Shown here one piece after another: positions 39,932 through 52,807 of a stretch of 64,000 nt of DNA. Position numbers and translations under genes: made by a program. The notes under the pieces were generated by a model that made no database searches, was not told the DNA's origin, and was given only the letters and a program-made list of their open reading frames with translations. The stretch's first letter is position 1; each line of letters starts with the position of its first letter. This DNA comes from Octopus sinensis (taxonomy: Eukaryota): assembly GCF_006345805.1 (NCBI RefSeq), contig NC_042999.1:75082001-75146000 (forward strand), given 5' to 3'.

Positions 39932-40603
39932 AAAGGGCTTAGTAAACTAATTTACTTTGCCACATACTGAACTCATTAGAAATAGTAGCTAAAAAAACTT
40001 TTTTAAAACTATTTCTAATACTTAAAGAAAATCTCTCTCATATAGTGTTTGCTCAACTCAACTCACGAAAGTATGGGGGTAAAGACATTAAAAAATCAAA
40101 TGCAAAGGTTATTTGAGAACGTACGTTTCAAGATTAGTCAACTCGACATTTCTATCATCAGCTCAGAACTCCTTGGTTTGGATTTGAAAACACTGAAAGT
40201 GGGAGCATACCCTTTCGGCTTCTTATCGCTTCTGAAGATCTGCTCGAAACTAACAGTGCCAGCAAACCCAAAATATGCAAGCGAAGAATTTCTGCTCTCC
40301 CCTTTCCACCAGCGTGGGTTAAAATCAGTAAACACTATGCTTTTTCGGTAAAATCCGAAGCATTAAATAGAGAGAGATGAATTATAATTTCAACAATTGA
40401 GGGTAAAATTAATTAATTATTAATCAATTTCACCAAGTATTCAGTATGTAAAGGGACCATTTAAGGCGAATTCAAATTATTACATTATATAAAATGTAAT
40501 AATTTGAATTCGCCTTAAATGGTCCCTTTACATAAGAAGCCGAAAGGGTATGCTCCCACTTTCAGTGTTTTCAAATCCAAACCAAGGAGTTCTGAGCTGA
40601 TGA
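39930..40603 (+). mobile_element. Penelope-type pLTR fragment with fold-back inversions
   Basis: Hammerhead-like CTGAAGA (40232)...GAAA (40246) with a mutated cleavage triplet, a 42-bp perfect hairpin and a 72-bp perfect inverted copy. Confidence 0.55.
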
Positions 40604-40779
40604 CAGGCAACCACATGGGTGGTTGTGGCTGTTTATGTATGTGTGTGGTTGGACTTAGTGTCACTTAAGGTCGTAGGAAGAATTTATAGTAAGAATTTTG
40701 GTTGGAGTGGCTGTCTGATGTGTGTCTTCCAACACATGTGCCTAGGAGAATGGTCAGTAGAAAGGTGTTAACTGTTAGT

Positions 40780-41220
40780 TTGAAGTATGTCTGCGTGCGT
40801 GTATGCATATGTAGTGTGTGTGTTTTGACTGCTGTGTGTGTGTATGCATGTGAGTGTACGTGTAGCTATGTGTGTGCGTGGATGTGTTTGTATGTGCCTG
40901 TGTGCGTGTGTGCGTGTCCATGTATGTGTAATTGTGTGTGTATGTATGAGTGTATGTTGTGTGTGTATGAGAGGTATGTGTGGGTTCATTTGCGTGTGCG
41001 TGTGTATGTATGTGCGTGTGTGTATATATGTGCGCGTGTGAGTGTATGTGCGTGTGTACATGTGTGTGTAAGAATGTGCTTGTGTATTTTCTGTGTGCAT
41101 TTTCTGAGTGTGTGTATGTGTGTGTGCACGTGCGTGTGTAAATGAGAGGTTGTGTGGGGAGGTATATGTGCGTGTAGTCAGGTGTGCGTGTATGTGTACG
41201 TGTGTGCGCATGTATGTAAT
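40780..41220 (+). repeat. Cryptic (GT)n-rich simple repeat
   Basis: Degenerate TG/TATG/TGCG units. Confidence 0.85.
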
Positions 41221-41269
41221 TCTTTCCCATTCCATTCCACTTACGAAGTGAAAGAAAGAAAGTGGTAAA

Positions 41270-41600
41270 TCTTGTCGACTTAACGGTTCCTCATGAAAAT
41301 AACTTGGACGTTGCTCAGGCTCGAAAGATTGACCGTTTGGAAAACCTCCTCGAGGAATGTGAAGACGTAGGTTGGAAAGTGGAGCAATTTCAAACCAAAG
41401 TTGGCTGTAGAGGATTCGTTGGACATAGTGTGAGGTGACATCTTAAAGCAAATACTACCATGAGTGATATCCAGAGTACAGTGAAGAAAGTAAGCCACTG
41501 GATTTGGTTAAAAAGAGACGATGAGTAATAACTAAAATAATATTGAGCAAAACTTAATAATCAGTTGATTTAGCATGCTGGACCTCATTTCAGTGAGTGG
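41270..41600 (+). mobile_element. RLE-type LINE 3' fragment (Hero-like)
   Basis: LVDLTVPHENN...ARKIDR...CEDVGWK...VGCRGF...SHWIWLKR. Confidence 0.7.
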
Positions 41601-42084
41601 GGCCGGTGCACAATGATACAGTCGAGAGGAAAGCTCCTAAAACGGCGTGCATTCTTGATGACTCTATAAACTCTCAAGCATCCGGTAAGCAGACCATTCA
41701 ACTGGTAGCACTGGCACCTGTAAGTTGTTTCAGAAAATCAAGTGGAAAGACGCTTTTAGCCATCTTTCTTAACTGTTATGTTTCGTGTTGAAAATACGAA
41801 AATATCAACGAATAATAGCTGAGCTAATGACAAGGTGAGACTGAAGTGATGTTGCAAAACTTTTATATGCTATCTACCAATGTAACTGATTTTCTGAGAA
41901 AAAAAAAAGAAAAAAAAAAAGAAACCCCAAAAATATAAATTTCACAAAAGATGTAAAACTCAAGTTAAAAGAGTTGCTAAATACAATTTTCATTTTAAAA
42001 ATTTATTGCAATTGATTGGGAAACTTGCTCGTTATTCTGTATCTTCTTATTAAATAATCTCGTATTCTTGTTTTAATTTTCCAG

Positions 42085-42182
42085 TACCTTGGGATGATTA
42101 CTTTAAACATACCCAAGAATTTTATACCCTAATTAAAGATAACCCAAATGCAATTATCATAACATATGAAAACATGAAAGAG
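42085..42182 (+). CDS. SULT-like gene A exon 3
   Basis: ttttccag acceptor, GAG|gtaatt donor. VPWDDYFKHTQEFYTLIKDNPNAIIITYENMKE. Confidence 0.93.
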
Positions 42183-42491
42183 GTAATTATATATTTTCCC
42201 TTATATTCATGTGAATGTTATTATATCTTGTTTATTATACTTGTTTCTCATATACGGGAAAAACAAATCTATAACATAATTAGAGTATGCCAGATATATT
42301 TTTAAAACTGCCGTAGCCATTGAAATTGACAAACTAAAATTGCCGTGAGGAATATATTCCTTCAAGTTATTGTTTCTTCTACGCATCTGATGATTTTTAA
42401 ATGCCATAATTTTAATCATATACTTATTACAGAAACTGATTTTCTGTAAAAGAAAATTTTGGAATTTGACTTTGTTATTTCTTATCAACAG

Positions 42492-42669
42492 GATCTATCC
42501 AAAGTAGTGTCAAGTGTTGCTAAATTCTTAGGAAAAATAATTCCTGATCAACTTAATATAGATATTGTTGATGAGTGTTCATTTGATAAAATGAAATCTG
42601 AGAAACCAGTGACTGGTTCATATATGAGCAAAGACACATTCAAGGATAGTGGTACGCTCTACCATTCTG
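42492..42669 (+). CDS. SULT-like gene A exon 4
   Basis: caacag acceptor, G|gtaagt donor. DLSKVVSSVAKFLGK...CSFDKMK...TLYHS. Confidence 0.94.
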
Positions 42670-42989
42670 GTAAGTATATCAACCTCTTGTTAACTTTGTT
42701 CTAATTAAATTGGTGTGTTTTACATTCTTATTTCGGTAGAAATCTATCATGGCAATGAAAATATTTTTCTTAAAATGAAAATAGTTGTCTATCACGACCA
42801 AAAATATATCCCGCTAGTGGCGGTTTCTTGCATCTCTGCGTGTGGGAAGAGGAAGGGATATTTAGGTACGAGTTTAAACACGCAACTCTAATCTCTAGAT
42901 ATTCTCAACAAAACATAAGTTTTATCAGTTTTATATTTTCTCCATTCATCGATACACAGACAAATATACATGTACACACACACACATGT

Positions 42990-43070
<81 letters not shown>

Positions 43071-43204
43071 CATGTATGTGTATGCGTATATATGTAAACC
43101 TTTATATATATATATATATATACTTATGTATGTATGTACGTACGTACATAAATATTATACACGTACATACATACACACATCCATCAATACATCCATCCAT
43201 CCAT

Positions 43205-43240
<36 letters not shown>

Positions 43241-43716
43241 TAGGTCCCGATAGGGTATAAAGGTATTGTATTTCTAGAGAAGCATTCAACCCAAGTTCTG
43301 GGCTATCAGCACTGTCAGGATCCAGACTAATGTCGAAATTCTTCAAGTATAGAAAATCCTGCTGTCAGCATGGTAACACCATCGTTTAGGTTTGGCAAAG
43401 AGTAAATTATAATCCAAATAATAAGACAAAGAAATTCTTTAACAAATTTTCATTGACTCTTTACAATTGCTTCTTTACCAACTCTGCTTGCAACGCCAGT
43501 TTAGGCAAGAATTTGAAGTGAAAATTTACCTAATGTTTGCAGTTTTGCATTTTCACCTTGAGTTTCTACGTACAACGACGTTTCAAGCAGAGTGGAGAAG
43601 CAATTGCAACAAATCATTAAAGATGTGTTAAAAAATTTCTTTGTTTTCTTATTATTTGGATTACACACACACACACATCTCTCTTTCACCCTTTCTCTTT
43701 CACTCACTCCCTCTTT

Positions 43717-43752
<36 letters not shown>

Positions 43753-43869
43753 TTAATGTAGGATAAAATTTTTTTGAAAGAAAAAATTTTATCAATGGCC
43801 AACATATTAAAAAATACCTTTAAAGGTTAAATTTATAAACAACTAAGTTATATATATATATAAATAGAT

Positions 43870-45294
43870 GTGTGTAGTTTTCCCTTGTTTACAATTAACA
43901 CGGAAAAAAGAGATAAACAGTTACCAGGGCAGCAAAAACTCACACAAGTAAAAGGGTGTTACGCCTTGTTTTTAAAGGTAGAAACACCGGGTTTATGTGA
44001 AATATTTTGCATAATATTTTATAACTCTGCCTCACTTAAAGCAGGTTATACAGATAAAGTTACCGACATTAATTCCATTCAATCTTTTTCTACCTTTTGT
44101 AATGTAGACATGAAATCTAGTTGTAAGGATATAAACGATATCAATTTTCATTTATACGCCAACACCAAACAGAGGCAGATAACTGTTATTTAAACCCCCT
44201 TTTTAAATTCTAAAGATAAATCGATGTCTTTCAAAGATAGTTACACTAAAACAGCAAAAATATTTGGTTGATTATTCCTCATGGGAGGCACATTAAATCT
44301 AATCTTCCTTTCCAGTTTCGGGAAGCTATTATTACTAAATTTTCAAAGAATTCTAGGTATTACACACGGTTAGGATTGGTTTTTCAAGCACAAAAAAGCT
44401 CTTACAAATTATCTCCTCACATAATATTAGTCTGTTAAATAAGAATCAATTTACTAAACTAACAATAATTTAGCTAATACCAATCATCCCCCGAGAAAGA
44501 TTAATAACAAGGTTTTTGTCTCTGAAGTCAATTCCAACAGAATTAAGTTTATGTCTAGTAATTCTAAGATTAGAAATTCTATATACCAGTGTAAAATTAC
44601 TTCAGGTACTGATGTCTTTTTTATATCGGTAGTTCTTCTCAGTTATCTAAGAGAATTTCTAATCATTACTCTACATCTAGGGCTAGTAATAAAGGCAACA
44701 ATAGGGCTAGTAATAAAAGACCATAATAAACAATTTAATTTAGATTGGTTGATTCTCTCTATTTCGTTCCCATATGATAAAGGCAAGGAATTTTATCATC
44801 TCTGTAATTGTGAGCTATTTTTTTATCCTTTCTCTTTGTAAACACGAAAACAGAGCGTGCTTATCGATGTAAAAATTGGCAGAAACATACCTTTAGTTCA
44901 TATAAGTGATATCTACCATTATATATAATTTGAACATTGATATTATTCTTATATTTTACTTCCACTAGATATATTTTCCCAGGAATTTAGGCTTTTATTT
45001 AATTCAAATATCGTTCTATATTTCTCATTTATTTGGTTTCTGTTTTTTTTTCTTTCCTTTACCCCTCCTCTTTCTATAGGCTACCTTTGACGTTATATCC
45101 TCTAACGTTTAAAAAAACAACTTAATAGCGTTCAGTTCATCACTATACATATCCTTCATATTTTGTTAAAATGTATTATTGAAGAGAAGATTACATTGTT
45201 TTACACCATTTTATTCCTTTGGAATAATACCAATGATGTCTTCGAAACATGTGTCGGAAGTAAAAGAATTTGAATAACATCTGCGTTTAATTCC

Positions 45295-45300
<6 letters not shown>
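43870..45300. mobile_element. Decayed, rearranged Penelope-like element
   Basis: Plus-strand RT-thumb remnant (YNSASLKAGY; KQRQITVI.TPF), an inverted minus-strand RT piece, and a pLTR (about 45110-45300) of the same family as 56870-57070 with a degenerate TTGAAGA hammerhead core. Confidence 0.55.
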
Positions 45301-45341
<41 letters not shown>

Positions 45342-45751
45342 GAAAGTTGAAAAGGAACGCACAAGTTGATACGTATAAGGAAAATAAGACAAGGTAGAAA
45401 ATGCCAAAATAATTTTATCATGAAGAACATTTTAGTTCTGGTTTAAGTCGTTGAGACTTTATCAGCTTAGAGTAAAGCATGAAAAACAATTCAACTGTGG
45501 AAAAATGAAATGAAATATTTAAAAAAAATATTTCCATAGTTTTCAAACACAAGGGACATTTTCCTTTTTTAGTCTGTCTACCTGTCTGTCTTTCTCTCTG
45601 TCTCTCTCTCTTTCTCTCTGTCTCTCTCTCTTTCTCTCTGTCTCTCTCTCTCTCTCTCGTGAAGGCTTAGTAGTTGGTAGTAGGTAGTAGTAGTCCTAAA
45701 AGAATATTTGATGTGGGTTCTCGGTTTTGATTGTTTAAGCGGCAGTAGTAG

Positions 45752-46008
45752 CAGAAGAAGAAGAAGAAGAAGAAGAAGAAGAAGAGGAGGAGGAGGAGGA
45801 GGAGGAGGAGGAGGAGAAGAAGAAGAAGAAGAAGACGAAGAAGAAGAAGGAGAAGAAGAAGAAGGAGAAGAAGAAGAAGAAGAAGAAAGAAAAAGAAGAA
45901 GAAGAAGAAGAAGAAGAAGAAGAAAAAGAAGAAGAAGAAGAAGAAGAAGAAGAAGAAGAAGAAGAAGAAGAAGAAGAAGAAGAAGAAGAAGAAGAAGAAG
46001 AAGAAGAA
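45752..46008 (+). repeat. Compound (GAA)n/(GGA)n polypurine microsatellite
   Basis: About 255 bp almost purely purine on the + strand. Confidence 0.95.
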
Positions 46009-46552
46009 TACGGGAGTGGTATGACCATTGTAGGATGTTAGTGGAATCTTGTTAAATAGTTAAGTGACCTAAACGTGACCTGTTGTGGTTGTAATAGTAG
46101 TGATTGGAATTGTTCTGAATAAATTCATGGGTTCTGAATATATCGTCTTTAATATTTGCATAAGTATTATTCTAAGGCCCTTGCAGTAGTGTCATTTGTG
46201 GTGGATGCATTCAAAAGAGATTTATATTACGACTCTTTGCTAATACGCTGACTACAAGTTGCGTCGTCCCTGAATTTACTGTTGGGAAAATTCTAAATCT
46301 GGGTTGTTCGTTAGTGGTGCAAATGTCGATGTGTTCACTGAATGCTATTTTTTTGTATTCCCGAATTTTGATCTGGGATATATGTAGCGTGGAAGTATTT
46401 TAAAAGAACATTTCATTTAATTTTTCCACAATTTAATTGTTTTTCATGCTTTACTCTAAGTTGAAAACGTCACAAAGACTGGAACGGGTACTAAACTGTT
46501 CTTCATGATAAAATTATTTTAGCACATACACACACACACATACATACATACA

Positions 46553-46586
<34 letters not shown>

Positions 46587-46613
46587 CATACATACATACA
46601 TATATATATGTAT

Positions 46614-46669
<56 letters not shown>

Positions 46670-47120
46670 CTATATCTACTCCCACAAATACCAAAATAAA
46701 ATGTGGGATTTATGGAGAGTCAAAGTTGGGAACAATAACAGGACAGTGGAGACATACAGGGAAACTGAATGAAAACAAACATGGTGGGGAAGATCATTAG
46801 ACCAGAACGAGGGGGAAATAGCAAACGCTGAGAGAAATATTTTCTTTAAAAAAGAAAAGATAAAAGAGAAAGATAAAAGACTCCAGTCCTTAGGACGTTG
46901 TGGAGGAAAAGAAAGATGGACGATGGTCACGTGTGAGCAATGAGAGAGAGAAAAGAGAAAGAGTGGGGGAGAGAGACAGACAGATAGAAAACGGTGAAGG
47001 GGAGGAAAAGGAATTAGAGAAGGATGAGGAAGGAAACACTATAGAGTAGAGTCACATCAGAAAGGTTAAGATAACCTTACTTGGAAATGGATGCGTGGCG
47101 TTCAATTGAATACTAATATA

Positions 47121-47182
<62 letters not shown>

Positions 47183-47430
47183 TTTACATATTTATAGCAT
47201 ATATGAGTACAAGACGTTACCGACAGTAAACAACATGAAATACGAAGGGTCGTTCTTTGTATTACTTTTCCTGTTTTCCATTTTTTCTCACTTTGTTTGC
47301 GTATTTAACTCACTTGTTTCCGTATTTCATGTTGTTTACTGTTGGTGACGTCCTGTACTCATATATGCATATATATACATATATAAATACATACATACGT
47401 ACATTCACACACACCCACACAAACACACAC

Positions 47431-47479
<49 letters not shown>

Positions 47480-47523
47480 CAAGTATGTATATCTATCTGT
47501 CTACCCATTAAAAATCTTTGCAG

Positions 47524-47630
47524 GTAAAGTGGACACATGGAAAAAATGGTTGACTGTGGAGCAAAGTGAAGGAATGGATGCAAGGCTCCAATCAGAACTC
47601 ACAGAAAGAGGAATCAAGTTTAATTTCTGA
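47524..47630 (+). CDS. SULT-like gene A exon 5 (to stop)
   Basis: tctttgcag acceptor. GKVDTWKKWLTVEQSEGMDARLQSELTERGIKFNF*. Total CDS 930 nt (309 aa). AATAAA at 47794. Confidence 0.92.
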
Positions 47631-47919
47631 ATTACTTCATTTATGATAGAAATTTGCTTTTCTGGAGCTTAGTTTTAAGATTTAATATAAAATTTTGTCA
47701 TCTACTAACATACACAGGAAAAGAATATTGTCAGTTCAAACGAATCAATGACTCAAAAAATAATTGTCTTGCAATAATGGGTGAATAATTTTGAATAAAC
47801 ATATAAGTATTTAAATCACCTGAACTTTTGCTGCTTAATGCTAAAATCTAATCTCTTATTGTTCAAAATAATAATCAACTTTTACTGTACAAAGCAGTTG
47901 AATTGGTTTGTTAGAAATA

Positions 47920-49059
47920 TTGGTATGGCAACTAAGTTCCCGCTGTTTTTTTTAATTTTGATGTTTATTGCGTTTTGAAATTTTGGAATCTATCTTTTTT
48001 CCCCGAGAATTCTATTTTTGAATCATTATGGAATCTATCTTGTTTCTTTTTCTAATTAATTTTAGTTAATTTTTGTTTATTTTCTGATCATTAAAATGGA
48101 ATGTCAAATTAAGAAAAACGAGCATTTTTGACACCTCCTTTTTGCTTTTAATCAAGGTTCTAAAGTCGCAAAAGCTGCTCGCGACATTTGTGCTGTGTAT
48201 GGAGAGGGTGCCATAGCTGATAAAACCGCTGGTGATTGGTATGCCGAGTTCAAAGATGGAAATTTTGACCTCAAAGACGCATCTCGTTCTGGTCGTCCAG
48301 TTGAGCTCGATGAAGTGCAATTAAATCAGCTTTTGCACGAAAATTCTCTTCAAACGACAAGGGAACTGGCAGAGAAAATGGAATGCTCCCACACTACTAT
48401 AGAGAAGCATCTTCACTCGAGGGGAAAGGTTCAGAAGTATTGAGCATGGGTTCAGCGTAAGGGATGGCTTAGCCCCGGTAAACAAGCGATACCGCGCGTG
48501 AAACAAGATTTACATCTGCGTAAAACAATGTTGTGCTAATGGTGGGACTGGAAGGGATTATCCATAACGAATTGCTTGAACAGAACCAAACTGTCAACGT
48601 GGAACTCTATGTTCAACAGATGGGACGACTCAACACGTCTATTCAAGAGAAAAGACCTAATCGGCAGCATGGAGTTCTTCTGCACGACAACGCCCGCCCT
48701 CATATCGCCAATATGACCAAGGAAGCCATTCAAACGCATAGCTGGGAAGTGTTGCGACACCTGCCGTTCTCTCCTGATTTGACACCAGCGGTTTTCCACC
48801 TCTTTCGATCTCTTTCAAATACTATGGGCGGAGTTTCGTTCAATACTGATGCAGAATTGAGAGCTTGGTTGGATCAATTTTTCTAGTCGAAATCGGGTGA
48901 TTTCTACCAACGAGGTATTGAAAATCTTGTTGAACGCTGGGAAGAATTTGTAAACAACAAGGGTGAATACATTATTGATTAACTGACTGTTATTTTTTAT
49001 TAAACCTTTTAAAAAATTTATATAAAAAAAAAACGGCGGGAACTTAGTTGCCAACCCAA
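47920..49059 (+). mobile_element. mariner transposon, mellifera-subfamily-like, internally deleted
   Basis: TIR TTGG(GT/TA)TGGCAACTAAGTTCCCGC, TA flanks. Decayed transposase: CAVYGEGAI...FKDGNFDLKDASRSGRP; HDNARPH; FSPDLTPAVFHLFRSL. Confidence 0.9.
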
Positions 49060-49784
49060 TATATTAGTTACAATTCTTATATGACAAATCTCACCACACA
49101 AGTTTCACCCTGGAAAATAACATTTACAAATTATAAACGGGGAAAATTTTATAGATTTCATGTTTTCACAATATCTTAATTTCCTGTTCGATTGTCTCAA
49201 TTGTATTGTTATTTTATTTAAATGGGCAATGTGAACAAATATATATATATATATATTAATTCTTCTGAGTTGAGACATTGTGAATAACCTGAGTATATAA
49301 CATTATTATGACAGGATATAATAATGATGATGATCATCATAATAATAATAGGGCTACAGCGAATATTCTGCTCAATAGCAAAGATTTGCTTGTCAGTTGT
49401 TTGACCTTAACCACTTGAGCATGTCCCTTAGTGGCTGACGATATGTGCATCTCTGATCACCAGTAAAAGTAGTGGGGGATCATCATAGTCACCTCTGGAA
49501 ACATGGGTGTTTTGTTCAACATCCTTAAACAACCCTTATTCAGGGACCTTTTGAGCGTGATGGATTACTCGACCAAAAGAAAATTCTAACTGGGTCCCAC
49601 CTGCAAAGTCATGTGCTGTTTATCTTGATATGAGATCACCATGTCGCGCACACATGGTTGCGATGCATGTGTCTAGTATACCCTTATCAGACGGGTAGTC
49701 ATGATGGGTATACTGGGCTTCGTATATTTTACCCCAGTATTACTTTGATGGCATGCACTGCTCTCTCATTCAATAATAATAATA

Positions 49785-51215
49785 CGATGTATACCTTCAG
49801 TGCTAATATCAGAATGGAGTTCGGATTGAGAAAGTGTGGTGTGTTAGTCTTGAAGAGAGGCAAAATCAAATGTATGGACGGGCTAACGATACTGTCGGAG
49901 GAGGTTATGAAGCAGATAAAAGAGACGGGTTATAAGTACTGAGATGTTGGAAATGGATAAATTAATGGAGAAAGAAATGACAGAAAAATTTAAGGTGGCG
50001 TAGTTACGCAAACTGAGACTGATGCTTAGGTCGAAATTAAACGGACGGAATGAGCTCGAAGCTATCAATCTTTAGATATGGAGCAGAGGTAATCGCATGG
50101 ACAGCAGATGAGCTAAACAAGGAAGTTGCTAAGTAGATATGGGTCACTCCACCCAAAAAGTGACAGAGACTGTATGTATCAAGAAAAAGAGGGGTAAGAA
50201 GACTTATTGGTTGCGAACACAGCATTAGAGCAGAAGAAAACAACATAGCAGGGTACGTAAAAAATGCCACAGACCTGCTAATATTAGAAGTAGGAAGGTC
50301 AGGCTTGTGTAGAATGAAAAGCACTATACAAGAAATTGAAAACAAATGAAACTGAAAATAGGTGGGTAAAGAAAAGAATGCATGGTCAATTTTATAGGGA
50401 TGTTGAAGATAAGACAGACAGAGAAAAAAGATGGCTATGGATGACTAAAAGTGATTTAAAACCGGATTCTGAGGTTCTAATCTGTGCTGTCCAAGAGCAA
50501 GCACTAAGAACAAACTACATAAAATACAGAATAGGCAGCACATCAGAAAGTGATAAGTGCAGAATCTGTGGACACAACAGTGAAACCGCATGGCATGTTA
50601 CCAGCAAATGTACGCCACTAGCCCAGAAGGAATATAAGAGACGCCACGACAATATAGCCAGGTTTGTCCATTGGACACTTTGCAACAAGTTTGGACTTGA
50701 CAGAGCGAAAAATTGGTACGACCACAAACCTGAAGGCATCGTTGAAAATAGAAATGCAAAGATCCTATGGGATTTTATGATTCAGTGCGACCATGAGATT
50801 GAGGATAGGAAGCCGGACATAGTCTTAATTGAGAAAGAAAACAAACTATGCTGGATCATAGATACAGCATGCCCAGTTGACAACAAGGTATGCGATAAGA
50901 AAAGAGGAAAAGTGGAGAGATATGACAGGTTAGCTTGGGAAGTTAAGCAGCTGTGGTCGATGAAAAAGGTAGCGGTAGTACCAATAATTGTCGGAGACCT
51001 GGGAACATTAAGCAAAAATCTCGAGAAGTACGTGGAACAAATAGGGGCTGCAATAACTGTGGATCACTTGCAGAAAACAGCACTACTTGGAACCGCTCGA
51101 ATACTCCGGAAGGTTCTCTCAAAAATAAGAGGTGTTACCTTAGTTTACTATAAGTGAACAGCTGACAATGTAGTGCATCTCCAGTATTAGAAGCTGTGCA
51201 AAAGCAACAACAATA
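49785..51215 (+). mobile_element. 5'-truncated R4/Dong-clade LINE (RT end, CCHC finger, RLE)
   Basis: MEFGLRKC; HGQF; CRICGHNSETAWHVTSKC; RRHDNIA; RKPDIVL...IDTACP...K; QKTALLGTARILRKVL. Flanked by (AAT)n/(CAA)n. Confidence 0.9.
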
Positions 51216-52807
51216 ATAATAATGATTTTGCTTCCAGGGCAGAAATTTTGAAGGAGGGTTTGAGTCGATTATATCGACCCCAGTGTTTCACTGGTACTTA
51301 TTTTATCACCCCCGAAAGGATAAAAGGTAAAGTCGACATCGGCAGAAGTTGAACTCAGAACGTAGAGATGAGTGAAATGCTGCTAAGCATTACGTCCAGT
51401 GTGCTAACGATTAATAATAATAACATCAACACAATAATAATGGTTTAAATTTTTTGTCATGCGGCCTCCACTTTTAAGGGCAGATGTAGCAGAGAGTCTG
51501 CTAACCTATGTGATGTTTAATTCTTATTAGACCAACTCAAATCATATTCATTCATATAGTTAGCTAGGTCAATAGAAGTAAATGAATGTACATGTGCTGG
51601 AGCAGCAAAACAAAATCTGAAGAGAATAATCCAGGGATATCATCAAATGGGATATATATCTTGATATCGCTAATGAATTTCATGTGACCAGCACGATTAA
51701 TTTATCCTCCTCCTCCTCCTCCACCCCATCCACCCTCCTCCACCTCCTTCTCCACCCTCCTCCTCTTCCTCATCCTCATCCTCCTCCTCCTCGTCGTCGT
51801 CGTTTAACGATGCTGGCATGGTTTGGACGGTTTGACTGAGGGCTGGCAAGCCAGAAGGCTGCACTATGCTCCAGTCTGATCTGGCAAGTTTCTAACGCCA
51901 TTCGCTCTGAGAATGTAGTGGGTGCTTTTTATGTCCCACCGGCACGAGGGCCAGTCAGGCAGTACTGGCAACAATCACGCTTGAATGGTGCTTTTTACGT
52001 GTCACCGGCACGGGACTAGTTAGCCGGTACTGGCATCGACCACACTCGAATGGTGCTTTTTACTTGTGACCGGCACGGAGCCAGTCAGGCAGTACTGGCA
52101 ACAATCACGCTCGAATGGTGCTTTTAATGTACCATCGGCATAGGATCAGTCAGGCAGCACTGGCATCGAACACGCTCGAATGGTGCTTTTTACGTGCCGG
52201 CACGGGTGTCACTCAGGCGGTACTGTCATCGGCCACGACAACGATTTCACTTGCCTCAACAGGTCTTCGCAAGCGCAGTTTATTGACCAATGATTGAAGG
52301 GTACTCTTAAATGGGGTGGTTATGCTGCACAGGCATAGGCCACGGTTACCGTCTCACATGGCTTGTCGGGTCTTCTCAAGCACAGCATATCTCCAAAGGT
52401 CTCGGTCACTTGTCATTGCCTCGGTAAGGCCCAAAGTTCGAAGGTCATGCTTCAACACTTCATCCTAGGTTTTCCTGGGTCTACCTCTTCCACAGGTTCC
52501 TTCTAGTGCTAGGGTATGACACTTTTTTCACACAGCTGTCCTCAGTGGAAACTATCTCTATTTCTGTATAAATTTTTGTGTTTATTAAATGGACTTGCTA
52601 TAAGTAGACAGTATATCTTGGAAAGGATGGGTGAGTGAAATACTAAAATACAGTGAAGACGATGCATGAGCAAAATTGTAGAGAAACAATGTTTTTTCTT
52701 CTATCTTTCAAATTACGGCGCACTTACACTGATTACTATTTATCTAATATCCCAGCTGCAGTGACTGCCATTCATATTATTATGTGATGTCTACCATCTA
52801 CCATATA

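Noticed and set aside
40702-41235. Several 150-aa Cys/Val- or His/Thr-rich ORFs
   Set aside because: Artefacts of the (GT)n cryptic repeat. The same applies to the many YI/HT/CV ORFs elsewhere in the track.
45708-46055. Poly-Arg/Glu/Ser ORFs
   Set aside because: Translation of the GAA/GGA repeat.
51919-52240. CRISPR-like repeat/spacer appearance
   Set aside because: The 'spacers' are homologous to one another, the array is inside a eukaryotic retroposon, and there are no cas genes.
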